In this document: in pieces, positions 34,903 to 44,399 of the stretch
How positions within the stretch are numbered: the first letter of the stretch is position 1
Layout of the letters: each line of letters opens with the position of its first letter
Source: Candidatus Woesearchaeota archaeon
Lineage (GTDB): Archaea > Nanobdellota > Nanobdellia > Woesearchaeales > BM511
Assembly: GCA_023266675.1 (NCBI GenBank)
Contig: JAHFPP010000001.1
Coordinates: forward strand, 1 to 45,979
Direction of reading: 5' to 3'
DNA length: 45,979 bases
Notes under the pieces: generated by a model
What the model was told of the DNA's origin: nothing
Database searches by the model: none
What the model saw: only the letters and a program-made list of their open reading frames with translations
Made by a program: the position numbers and the translations under genes

Positions 34903-35973
34903 TTAGAACTCGCTTAGCTTTTTTGTCTTGCTTGCAGTTACAAGTGTGGTGTTACCTTCAAGTCCGCCGCCGACTTTTTTTACAGAGATGAATTTTGATT
35001 TCTCAAGTGATTTTATTCTTCGCTGAAATGTTTTGTAAACTCCGATTCCGCCGTTCTTCTGGTATATTTCAAAAAGATTTCCTATTTTTTTGCTTGAGTT
35101 TTCTTTTATTATCTTTAGAATCAGCCGTTCATCAGTTGAAAGCTCGTCTTTTTTCTTTATTGAAAAATCGTCAAGCTTTTGTATCGCTATCTTTACATGT
35201 TCAAACGTTATTTTCTTGCTTGATTTTTCTTCAGCAATGTTTCCGGATTCACGAAGAATGTATAGACCTGTTCTAACGTCCTCAATCTCTGCAGCTTTTT
35301 TTGCGGCGAGGTCAATTGCGTCATCCATGAAAGCATTTTGAACAAAAGCGTATTCTATTCGTCCTCTAAGAATTCCTTTAATCTCAACTTCATTATATTT
35401 CTGAAACTCAAGCATCTCTGGCAGCATTCTTGATTTGATTCTTTCATCAAGCGATACAATCCACTCCTTGTAGTTTGATATTAATATTATTGAGCGGCGG
35501 TAAATCTTTTCAAGTATAAGATATAAAAAATCGTGGTCCTCAATTTTGTCTATTTCATCAAATACAAAAACTGCGGACTTCTTGTTTAGTATGCTTTCAA
35601 TTACTGCAAATAACTCTTCTGTTTTCTTGTTATGCGTGAACTTGTATTCCAACTGCTCGCATATGCCAATTATAATCTTAAAGCTTGTATTTTTTTCCCA
35701 GCAGTTTATGTATATCGGAAGTATGTCATCAGTCTTTTCCTCTATCTCTTTTAGAACGTGTTTTATTGCAACAGTCTTGCCTACACCAGGCGGTCCGTGA
35801 ACTAGAACATTTTTTCCGTTTCTGTTTGAAAAAAGAGGAGATATGCAGTTAGCTATGTATCTTTGCTGCTTCTCCCTGTAAGGAACCAATTTTGGTATAA
35901 AATCATAGTCAAGCGCAACAGAATCTCTGAAAAGAGTTTCGCCGCCTTTTAAAACATTGTCAAATATTCCCAT
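34903..35973 (-). CDS. Orc1/Cdc6 replication initiator
   Basis: 356 aa. LDYDFIPKLVPYREKQ N-terminus, Walker A GPPGVGKT, Walker B VFVFDEID and a C-terminal winged-helix region. Confidence 0.9.
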   Translation of the reverse strand: MGIFDNVLKGGETLFRDSVALDYDFIPKLVPYREKQQRYIANCISPLFSNRNGKNVLVHGPPGVGKTVAIKHVLKEIEEKTDDILPIYINCWEKNTSFKIIIGICEQLEYKFTHNKKTEELFAVIESILNKKSAVFVFDEIDKIEDHDFLYLILEKIYRRSIILISNYKEWIVSLDERIKSRMLPEMLEFQKYNEVEIKGILRGRIEYAFVQNAFMDDAIDLAAKKAAEIEDVRTGLYILRESGNIAEEKSSKKITFEHVKIAIQKLDDFSIKKKDELSTDERLILKIIKENSSKKIGNLFEIYQKNGGIGVYKTFQRRIKSLEKSKFISVKKVGGGLEGNTTLVTASKTKKLSEF

Positions 35974-36041
35974 TTTAAAAGAATTCTTCTGCGCTTTATT
36001 TAAATATTTCCAAAAACAATGAAGAATATGTAAAAAATAAT

Positions 36042-36425
36042 CTATCTTACAAGAAGCTCAAGCCTTGAAAGCGGTTTTAATGTTCCATTATGCCCGTTAT
36101 GCATTACATGCTCATTTATGCCAGTCACTTTCCAATAACTGCCAACTTCTCTTTGAATATTAACATCAACTCTTCTCTTGTCAATCTTATCGACATATAT
36201 AAATTTGCCGTCGTCAATAAGCACAGTGCCTATGTGGTATCCTATCAGGTCAGGCAATTGGTAATAATGGCTTTCATGTTCATTAGACTTTCGAATCTCT
36301 CTAATCCCTGAATGTAGGTTTGCTTTGACACTGTATCTTTCCAAAACTCTTCCAACCCATGAATTTGGCTGTTCATAAGCTCCAACTCTAATCGGGTCAA
36401 TTTTCATATCAGTTTCTTTTCTCAT
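36042..36425 (-). CDS. hypothetical protein (contains HNGH motif)
   Basis: 127 aa. A GGAGAT Shine-Dalgarno lies 5 nt upstream. No family recognised. The C-terminal region reads EHVMHNGHNGT. Confidence 0.45.
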   Translation of the reverse strand: MRKETDMKIDPIRVGAYEQPNSWVGRVLERYSVKANLHSGIREIRKSNEHESHYYQLPDLIGYHIGTVLIDDGKFIYVDKIDKRRVDVNIQREVGSYWKVTGINEHVMHNGHNGTLKPLSRLELLVR

Positions 36426-36459
36426 TTAAATCTCCATCAAATAATTTTATCAAAACTTT

Positions 36460-36846
36460 CTAGATAACACGCGTTTCAAGATCTTTTTCACCATTATCAA
36501 TGATTGGTGAGTTTATTTTGCTGTCAATCACAAAACCTCTTACGGGTTTACGCGGATCGCCGTTTATTTTTTCTCCGCAGTCAACTACCATCCAATAAGG
36601 ATTTCCACCTTCGCATTTTCTGAAAGTTGCATCGAACACCATTGATATTCCAAGTATGCCTTTTCCCTGATAAGTGCCTACAATCTCATGGCCATTATGC
36701 CTTTCAATATTTCCGCCATAACTATTAATTTCATCAAGTGTTGTGGTATGATGCATTGTTACACTTGGTCCGGAATCTGATTTCATGTATCCAAGTTCCC
36801 TGTTTAATAGTTTTGCAACTTTATCTGCTAATCTCTTATATACCAT
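36460..36846 (-). CDS. hypothetical protein (contains HNGH motif)
   Basis: 128 aa. A GGTGAGGA Shine-Dalgarno lies upstream. No family recognised. It contains MHHTTT and ERHNGHE. Confidence 0.45.
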   Translation of the reverse strand: MVYKRLADKVAKLLNRELGYMKSDSGPSVTMHHTTTLDEINSYGGNIERHNGHEIVGTYQGKGILGISMVFDATFRKCEGGNPYWMVVDCGEKINGDPRKPVRGFVIDSKINSPIIDNGEKDLETRVI

Positions 36847-36920
36847 TTTTAAATTTCCTCACCTATTTTTCTTAAACGAGTCTTGACTTAAAAAAAGAAA
36901 ATTAATAAATTCCCCAAAAC

Positions 36921-37229
36921 TCATTTTATGCGGTTTTTAGTTCCTACAATATTGTCAAACATCACTATTACGTTCTTAATGTACGGATTCATGAAGTTGA
37001 GCGTGAAAAGCTTAGCATTACCAATTTTTCTTGTTTGAATTATTAGCCCGGTTTTTTCAAGCTCATGCCATATCCTGAAAAGCGTGATTCTGTTGATTCC
37101 AGCGCCTTTGGCTATTGAGCCGATTGAGTGGTCAATGTTTCTGTAAATCAATAGAAACTCAAGAACCCTTATCTTTGGAGTATCTCCAAATAATTCCATG
37201 AATTCACTTGTAGCTTTGTTTAAAGGCAT
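36921..37229 (-). CDS. winged helix-turn-helix transcriptional regulator
   Basis: KIRVLEFLLIYRNIDHSIGSIAKGAGINRITLFRIWHELEKTGLIIQTRKIGNAKLF is a typical wHTH. The track starts at 37262, but a TTTATATA box about 27 nt upstream of the internal ATG at 37229 suggests a leaderless start there. Confidence 0.6.
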   Translation of the reverse strand: MPLNKATSEFMELFGDTPKIRVLEFLLIYRNIDHSIGSIAKGAGINRITLFRIWHELEKTGLIIQTRKIGNAKLFTLNFMNPYIKNVIVMFDNIVGTKNRIK

Positions 37230-37394
37230 ATAACTACTAAAATGCAGTTGATATATAAACATTTCCTTTTTGAAACATTAATGTTACATTTTTGAAATAT
37301 ATTACAAATTTGATTAATTATATACTAAAACGGCAAGATTTATATAGAAAAAGCCACCAAATACTGCTATAGGCTTTTTAAGAGAGGTGAGAAG

Positions 37395-37784
37395 TTGGCA
37401 AACATACCAGGACCGGTTACTTTAGCAGTTGGATTTATTGTCAGCGGAGTATCCTTTTTCATAAACAAGAAAAGCTTCTCATTCAACGGCGCATACTCAA
37501 TCTTCTTGTATATTGGAATCATATTAGTATTATACGGTTTTATAATGACATTGATATGGTTCATGAACAGAAAATCACCTGAAGACATACAGGCTGAAAT
37601 AAAAAATGACATTGCAGAAAAAGAGAAAAAGGAAAAACAGCAGGGATATGTCTTTAACCAGGTGCAGCAAAAGGAGTATGACGAAGACAGATACCAGGTT
37701 GTTGTAAGATGCAAAACGTGCGGCATGGCCCATTATATTTATTCCAACTTCTGCTCAAACTGCGGCTCAAGGCTTGTGAAATAA
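37395..37784 (+). CDS. membrane protein with a C-terminal zinc ribbon
   Basis: 129 aa. TTG start with an AGAGGTGA Shine-Dalgarno 4-5 nt upstream, two TM helices, then CKTCG...CSNCG. Confidence 0.5.
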   Translation: MANIPGPVTLAVGFIVSGVSFFINKKSFSFNGAYSIFLYIGIILVLYGFIMTLIWFMNRKSPEDIQAEIKNDIAEKEKKEKQQGYVFNQVQQKEYDEDRYQVVVRCKTCGMAHYIYSNFCSNCGSRLVK

Positions 37785-37807
37785 GTTGATTACCCGAGGA
37801 ATTGCAA

Positions 37808-38104
37808 ATGTTTGATTTTTTTAAAAAAAAAGAAGCTCAGGATTTAAAGATTGATGAGTTTGACATCATTTGCCCAAAATGCATGGTAAGAATGGAAAAG
37901 GAAATCAAAGGCGACATAATTCTTGACGTCTGCAAGGTGTGCGGCGGAACATGGTTTGACAAGGATGAGATTGAAAAAGTTTATTTAATAATGAAAAATC
38001 AGGAAGCTGTAAAACAACAAATTTCTGCAGATGAGTTAGCAAAACAAATTTTAAAACAGCAGCAGCTAATAGACATAAAGAAACCGAAACTTAAAAAGAA
38101 TTAA
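37808..38104 (+). CDS. zf-TFIIB-type zinc-ribbon protein
   Basis: CPKCMVRMEK...CKVCGGTWFDKDEIEKV matches the 'transcription factor zinc-finger' (zf-TFIIB) small-protein family. The ATG at 37808 is preferred over TTG at 37802. Confidence 0.6.
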   Translation: MFDFFKKKEAQDLKIDEFDIICPKCMVRMEKEIKGDIILDVCKVCGGTWFDKDEIEKVYLIMKNQEAVKQQISADELAKQILKQQQLIDIKKPKLKKN

Positions 38105-39388
38105 TTAAATATTTTTTACCGATAAGACTTTAACGCCGTTCATGTACGGCCACAGGACTTCAGGTATGTGAATGTTTCCTTCTTTATCCTGAAAGTTTTC
38201 GATTATTGCAACTATTGCTCTTGATGTTGCAATTGCTGTTGAGTTCAAAGTATGAATATACTTATTGCCTTCGCCACTGTTGTATTTGATGTTTAGCCTT
38301 CTTGCCTGGTATTCTGTGCAGTTTGAGCAGCTCACCATTTCTCTGTACGCTTTTTGAACCGGCATCCATGCTTCAAGGTCGTATTTTTTTGCTGCAACTG
38401 TTCCGATATCGCCAGTGCATATGTTTACGATTCTAAAATGAATGTTTAGTGACTCAAATAATTCTATTGCGTTATTCATAAGCTCTTCGTGTATCGACCA
38501 TGAGTCTTCAGGCTTGCAAAGGACTACCTGTTCAATCTTGTTGAACTGGTGCACTCTAAATATTCCCTTCATGTCTTTTCCGTGCGCACCAGCTTCCTTT
38601 CTAAAGCATGGAGATATACCTGTGAATTTCATTGGAAGGTTTTTTTCTTCAATGACTTCGTCCATGAACCTTGCTGTTAGCGGGTGCTCTGATGTTGCAA
38701 TCATGTACAGGTCTTCTCCCTCAACTTTGTAGATGACGTCTTCAAAGTCTTTCATGTCAGTTACGCCTTCGTATGATTTTCTGTTCATCATTAACGGCGG
38801 GTAGATTATTGTGTAGCCTTTCTTGTGCATGAAATCAATTGCGTACTTTTGTATTGCAAAGTCAAGCATTGCAAGGTCGCCAGTTAGAAAATACCATCTC
38901 GCGCCTGATATCTTTGCTGCACGTTCTAAATCGACTAATCCGTATGATTCTATAATATCAACATGGCTTTTTGGTTCAAAATCAAAATACGGTTTTTTGC
39001 CAAAAACTTTTTCAACCTTGTTTTGAGTGTCGTCAATTCCTACAGGAACAGATTCGTGGAGAATGTTTGGCATACCCCTCAAAAGCTCGTTCATTCTCTT
39101 CTTGTAGTCTTCAACGCTGTCATCATACGCTTTGATTTTTGAAGGAATATCTTTTACCAAAGCCAGTTTTTCTGAGGCGTCTTTTCCGGCTTTTTTGAGT
39201 TCATTGATTTCTTTAGAAATTATGTTTCTTTCTCTTTTGAGTTCTTCAACTTTTGAAAGCGATTCACGCCATTTCTTGTCAATCTCTGAAATCTCTTCCA
39301 AGTCCCTTAATTTGTCAGGTCTGTCTCTTTTTTGCAAATCTTTTCTTATGATTTCAGGATTCTCACGAACCAGTTTAATGTCGAGCAT
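38105..39388 (-). CDS. serS: seryl-tRNA synthetase
   Basis: 427 aa. N-terminal coiled-coil arm (MLDIKLVRENPE...) and class II motifs (FRKEAG..., GSATAIATSR-like). Confidence 0.93.
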   Translation of the reverse strand: MLDIKLVRENPEIIRKDLQKRDRPDKLRDLEEISEIDKKWRESLSKVEELKRERNIISKEINELKKAGKDASEKLALVKDIPSKIKAYDDSVEDYKKRMNELLRGMPNILHESVPVGIDDTQNKVEKVFGKKPYFDFEPKSHVDIIESYGLVDLERAAKISGARWYFLTGDLAMLDFAIQKYAIDFMHKKGYTIIYPPLMMNRKSYEGVTDMKDFEDVIYKVEGEDLYMIATSEHPLTARFMDEVIEEKNLPMKFTGISPCFRKEAGAHGKDMKGIFRVHQFNKIEQVVLCKPEDSWSIHEELMNNAIELFESLNIHFRIVNICTGDIGTVAAKKYDLEAWMPVQKAYREMVSCSNCTEYQARRLNIKYNSGEGNKYIHTLNSTAIATSRAIVAIIENFQDKEGNIHIPEVLWPYMNGVKVLSVKNI

Positions 39389-39520
39389 TGTAAGAAATTA
39401 GATTTAGTTTCAATATATAAATGTTGTTGATTTCTATGAATTTAAATTTTACTCACTTTCTTCTTCATTTTATAAATTTACGAAAGAATTTTATATAATA
39501 TTAATAATAAACGAATTAAT

Positions 39521-40243
39521 ATGATTATAGATAATGAAAGGACCATACGATTTGGGCAATTTTTCCATTCTAAATGTAGACGAAGAAGTGTTAGAGCTCA
39601 TGATACAATAAAAAATGCAATAGGGTCACATCTACAATCTCGGGGGTTTGATGTAGTCTATGAATGGAGAGATATTGATGAAGATTCTTCTTACCGATAT
39701 GATATTATTGCACAAAGAAAAGAAGAGTTATGGGTTGTTGAAGTGAAACCTTTTATTGATAAAAGAGATTTTGGGCAAATTCAAGCATACATAAAACAAG
39801 TTAATAAAGAGAATCCTAATGCAAAAGTTTGGCTTGGAACTGATTGTTTACAATTTGATGAATTAATTAGAGGAGAGATTGGCGAAATGACTAAAGAATG
39901 GATGAAAGAGGATAAAATGGGGATTATTTTAATAAATCCGGAATTAATTTGGATGCTGCCAACTCATAAAGACTTACTTGATATACAAGAAAGAGGACAC
40001 CTTTGTGAAGATTGTAATTATTGTGATGGATTTCAAATGAATAATGTTGCAAGAAAACTTTTAGTTACAATTGAACAAGGAATAACAAAAATACCAAAAA
40101 TTACCCAAGACGATACTGATATTTTGTATGATATTCCAAAAGAAAATTTTAAAGATATTAAAAAAGAAATGATTGAAATTAAAAAGAAAATGGGTTCTAA
40201 ATTATTTGAAGAGAAAACAGGTTTAAAAATAGAGAAAAGTTAA
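39521..40243 (+). CDS. PD-(D/E)xK nuclease-fold protein with a C-terminal Cys cluster
   Basis: 240 aa. YRYDIIAQRKEELWVVEVKP gives a D...ExK arrangement. A HLCEDCNYC cluster lies downstream. It is the lone plus-strand gene between minus-strand housekeeping genes. Confidence 0.45.
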   Translation: MIIDNERTIRFGQFFHSKCRRRSVRAHDTIKNAIGSHLQSRGFDVVYEWRDIDEDSSYRYDIIAQRKEELWVVEVKPFIDKRDFGQIQAYIKQVNKENPNAKVWLGTDCLQFDELIRGEIGEMTKEWMKEDKMGIILINPELIWMLPTHKDLLDIQERGHLCEDCNYCDGFQMNNVARKLLVTIEQGITKIPKITQDDTDILYDIPKENFKDIKKEMIEIKKKMGSKLFEEKTGLKIEKS

Positions 40244-40257
40244 TTTTTATCAAAATT

Positions 40258-41760
40258 CTAACTCTCATTAATTGTTATCTTGCCTTTCTTCACGCCTTGC
40301 ATGACGAGTTTTCCCATGTCTGTGTCCATTCTTATTTTCACTTCGCCTTTCTTGCCGACTTTTGCAGATAATAAATAATTCTTGTCTACAAGGAGGTCAA
40401 GCGTTTTTTCCACATACTCACTTCCTATTTTCAAATGTATGCATTTCTCTGAGAACTCGACTTCAAAAGGTATTGGTTTTAGGTTTTTTCTAATCTCTTC
40501 TTTCTTATCCTCTTTAACGTCAACGCCTTCAACATAAATACTAACGCCAAGCGCATGTTCATCCTTGATAATATTCTGTCTTTCTTTGCCTATAACCCTT
40601 GAGACTTCTTTTTTCGCTACCAGTAAAATTATTTTATCTTCGTCAACTGATTTGACTTTTAGTATTTCTTCTCGTTCCTTAAAATAGTCCTCAACATATT
40701 TTAACGTATTCTTCTTCATCCATGATTCCTTTGTAACGTCTGTTTTTCGCCTGTCTTCAATTGGTACAACAACCGTGTCATTTCCGTATGAATATATCTC
40801 AAACTCTGCAACTCCTGTTTCAAAGTCTTTGACAACTACTATCGGACGAGCCAAATCTGCCTCTTTCATTCCTTCAGGAACTTTTATCTTCATCTCAACT
40901 TCAAAGACCTTCTCAACTTTGCCGCTTTTGATAAAAATCACAGTGTCAATGACGTGAGGTATTACTCCTAGCTCAATTCGCCCGATGAACCTTTGAATTG
41001 CGTCAACTGGGTTAGTTGCGTGTACTACTCCAACCATTCCAACTCCGGATAACCTTAAGTCAGAGAATAATTTGAAGTCGTCAGTTGTCCTCATCTCGTC
41101 AAACAAGGTGTTGTCAGGACGTGATAGAAGGAGTAAATCGTAAACCTCTTTTGGTTTTGTGTGGTTTAATTAGTATCTTGTTATGTTTGGTGATAGGTCA
41201 AGGTCACGAGGCGCCTCAATTGTTTTTATAACTCTATTCTTAGTATTATAACTTTCAGCCAGTGCCTGCACAAATGTGGATTTTCCTTCACCAGGCGAGC
41301 CTGATATGAGTATTCCTTCTGCTCGTCCTGTAATTCTTGTTTCAAGTTTCTCAGAAAGTGAGTAATCTTTAAGCGACAGTTTTTTTATTGGTCTGACAGC
41401 TGTTATTTCATAAGTGTCAGACAGCGGCGGTGTTGTTATCACAATCCTTATTTTTCCTAGCTGAAGTATCTTTGAATATTCTCGCTCAATGTCTATGACA
41501 CAGTCATCTTTTTTGTCAACCTGCGACAGTATCTCTGCGCATATATCCCTCATTTCCTGCTTTGAAAGAATGACATCTGAGACTTTCTCAAAACTTATCT
41601 CGCCAGGTCTTCCCTTTTTTGCATATGCATAATTATTCTCTTTTAGATGCACGCTTAGCGTGGTATTGTCAAAAAAACCCTCAATCTTTAGAGGCTTTTG
41701 CATAGAACTTTCCATATTGAATACGCTTTCAGTGCCTTCCACACTCTTACTGTTTACCAT
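40258..41760 (-). pseudogene. PilT-like ATPase with a C-terminal KH domain (COG1855-like), interrupted by one in-frame TAA at 41170-41172
   Basis: Track ORFs 41170-41760 (Walker A GSPGEGKST) and 40258-41106 (VGVVHATNPVDAIQRFIGR, KH motif VIGKERQNI) are in the same frame. The 63 nt between them translate without a stop to LNHTKPKEVYDLLLLSRPDNT, continuing into LFDEMRTTDDF. Confidence 0.55.
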
Positions 41761-41816
41761 CCCAACCTATTTTTGATTTACTCCTTTTTAAATTTTGTTA
41801 ATTTAGAAGTGATAAT

Positions 41817-43799
41817 TTATTTATCAATCATTCTTTGAATCCATAAAGAAACCTGATTTATTATCACACCAATTTTCTGGGTAAGAGTGGTGTCGTCGAG
41901 CGTAATCTTAAAATCCTTCTCCTCATAATAACTTTTTTTGCTGTCGTCATAATACGTCACAACAACTTTCATATCATTATCATTGAACTTTAAAAGTTCG
42001 CCTTTAAGTTCAACTCCAAAAGGAATTATTCCATCTATATCTTTGATTTTCCACGTTTCCTTGTTCTTGTTGTGGTAAATTGTAACTTCTGCATTTTTTG
42101 GCGTTGCGTATGATTTTTTTGTCATAACAAAGCTAACTTTAAACGAATCATCAAACTTGACCCTTTCAGGATACTTCAGTTCTGAAATCTCAACTTTTGG
42201 ATTGTCAAGCGCCATTAGCGTTATGAAACTCATTTTGGATATTTCGCTGTTCTTTGCGCTTATAGTCAAAAACTTGTAACCAGACGAATTGAAGTTTTTT
42301 TCAAATGATATTTTCTTTTCTTCACCAGATTTTACATATATTCTTTTGCAGTCATCAGCGATGCATATATTTATGCCGCTCAAATCTGCTGTTTTATTAT
42401 TAAATATTGTGCACGTTACTCTTGCTGTTTCCAAAACATCAATTTCATTCTTATCTGAAACGCAAAAAAATGACACGCCATCATTAACCTCGTTAATGCT
42501 CTCTTTTTCTTTTATGAGTGAATCTAATGTGTATTCATCAATTACCTTCTCTGTTCTTGAAACGTCAAATGATGATTCAACTGAATAATTAGCCTGTGTC
42601 AATGTCACCGCCACAGGAAACGTGTATTTATAGTTGTTTTTTAAGTCGTCAGGAACCTTGATTTTCCAGAAAACACTTTTTTTCTCATATGGCTTTAACA
42701 GCACCGCAACTGTCTTGTCATCAAGCACAGTTATCTCAATTGGCACAGATAAAGTAACGCTTGATGCAGAATAATAATTATTTTTGTTCTCTAAAATCGC
42801 TTCAACATAATTATATGATCCAAATCCGACGAAGTCATCAAACAACTGAATACTTAAATCATACGGTGCTAACACCTGGTTTCCTTTCTTAAATACGTTT
42901 ACATCAATATCTGTTTTCTTTGGGTTTAATTCAACATCCCTCCCCTGCCAAGTGTAATCGCTGCTTGTCTTGTTTGAGTCAAAAGTGTCCTTTAGTTTTA
43001 TATGTCCTGCATCAATAAAGCCGAATTCACCATATGTAGCGTCAAATGGCACCCAACCGTAATCTGGAAAATAAACTTCAGCCCATCCGTGAAGGCCCCA
43101 CGGAGACTTAAACTGAGGGTCATTTGTATACGATACTCCTGTCACAAATCTTGCAGGGATGCCAAGCGAACGGCAAAGTGAAATAAATAAATTAGTAAGT
43201 TCATCACAGACTCCAACTTTGTTTTTTAGCACCCATGATGATTTCTCAACAGCGTCAGCTCCAGCGGACGATAAATCATATTTTATATTTTCATTAGTCC
43301 ACGAAGAGAGTTTAAATACAACAGAATACAAATCATCGTCTCCTTCAGAAAGTGTTGCAGCAAGCTTTTTGATATCATCATTAAAATCTATCATCGCTGT
43401 AGGCTTTGTATATTCATATACCTCCTGTGGCAGCGATTTTATCGGAAAGTCAATTTTCTTTGTTATGTGTCCATTCTTTGAATTTGTCTCTATCACGCTT
43501 CTGACGCTATAATCTAGTGTAGTTTCCTTTGGTTTTTGCCATTCAAAATATATTTTATCAGATATCTTTGAATCCGGAGTTGTTTCAAAAGTCAATACTC
43601 TCTGATTTCCTGAATCCTTTATAACATAATTCAAGCTTATTTTTGCATAATCCAATAGACCATTTGGAGAAGTGAATTCAATATCAACGCTTGAATGTAT
43701 ATTAAGCTCAAGTGTAAGACTATCCCTTAAATTATAATCCTCAAACGCATAAGTTAATGGGATTAAAACAAATAACAGCAGAATAATGCTTTTTTTCAT
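41817..43799 (-). CDS. secreted or membrane-anchored transglutaminase-like protein
   Basis: 660 aa. N-terminal signal/anchor MKKSIILLLFVLIPL. The transglutaminase core is GVCDELTNLF...GIPARFVTG...HGWAEVYF...GWVPFDAT (Cys-His-Asp), followed by long beta-rich C-terminal repeats. Confidence 0.75.
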   Translation of the reverse strand: MKKSIILLLFVLIPLTYAFEDYNLRDSLTLELNIHSSVDIEFTSPNGLLDYAKISLNYVIKDSGNQRVLTFETTPDSKISDKIYFEWQKPKETTLDYSVRSVIETNSKNGHITKKIDFPIKSLPQEVYEYTKPTAMIDFNDDIKKLAATLSEGDDDLYSVVFKLSSWTNENIKYDLSSAGADAVEKSSWVLKNKVGVCDELTNLFISLCRSLGIPARFVTGVSYTNDPQFKSPWGLHGWAEVYFPDYGWVPFDATYGEFGFIDAGHIKLKDTFDSNKTSSDYTWQGRDVELNPKKTDIDVNVFKKGNQVLAPYDLSIQLFDDFVGFGSYNYVEAILENKNNYYSASSVTLSVPIEITVLDDKTVAVLLKPYEKKSVFWKIKVPDDLKNNYKYTFPVAVTLTQANYSVESSFDVSRTEKVIDEYTLDSLIKEKESINEVNDGVSFFCVSDKNEIDVLETARVTCTIFNNKTADLSGINICIADDCKRIYVKSGEEKKISFEKNFNSSGYKFLTISAKNSEISKMSFITLMALDNPKVEISELKYPERVKFDDSFKVSFVMTKKSYATPKNAEVTIYHNKNKETWKIKDIDGIIPFGVELKGELLKFNDNDMKVVVTYYDDSKKSYYEEKDFKITLDDTTLTQKIGVIINQVSLWIQRMIDK

Positions 43800-43840
43800 T
43801 TATCCTATATACTAAAACAAGTTTATAATATTATTGTATT

Positions 43841-44095
43841 TTACCCATATCTTAATTTTAAGAACAATATTCCGGAAACAAAAATAAAAGTGAGAATATT
43901 AGCTATAATAAGCGGCCAATCAGTTACCATTACCCCATAAATAAGCCACAAAAGCACTCCCACCAATAATATGGAGCACCATTCAAGAGAAACATCCTTT
44001 GTCGACTTTGTTTTCCATGACTTTATAAGTTGTGGAAGTGCAGCCAAAGTTGTAAATATTCCTGCAGACGAGCCTATTATTGTTGACAATTCCAT
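43841..44095 (-). CDS. SemiSWEET / PQ-loop sugar transporter
   Basis: 84 aa, three TM helices, with a LPQLIKSWKTKSTKDVSL PQ-loop motif. Confidence 0.75.
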   Translation of the reverse strand: MELSTIIGSSAGIFTTLAALPQLIKSWKTKSTKDVSLEWCSILLVGVLLWLIYGVMVTDWPLIIANILTFIFVSGILFLKLRYG

Positions 44096-44344
44096 ATCTT
44101 CTTTGATAATCTTCCTCTATTAATAGCTTTCTAAAAAATGCAATGTATCCAAAAATAATAGCTCTATTTTGTCGTCTATTAAACTTCATACAATTAAAAC
44201 ATTTTTACTTCGCATATCCTTTAAACTTTAATGTAATTTCATCTAAAAATTTCTTGAAATTTGTTACTTAAGACTGATTACTGACGACAAAATAGAAAGG
44301 TTTAAATAAAGGTATGTCAAGAAATACTGTTTAGGGGGAATTTA

Positions 44345-44364
44345 TACAATCAAAAATGATTGTA
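44345..44364. promoter_or_regulatory. perfect 8-bp palindrome overlapping a TATA-like box
   Basis: TACAATCA-AAAA-TGATTGTA. A TTTATA sits at 44341-44346, and the palindrome lies 36-55 nt upstream of the ATG at 44400. Confidence 0.3.
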
Positions 44365-44399
44365 AACTTATTCCTTTCATATATACTATATTAGGAGGA

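Noticed and set aside
41170-41172. TAA reassigned as a sense codon genome-wide
   Set aside because: TAA terminates many well-supported genes in this same window, for example ef1b, infB, rpoK and the basic repeat protein at 44400-44642. A global reassignment is therefore not tenable.
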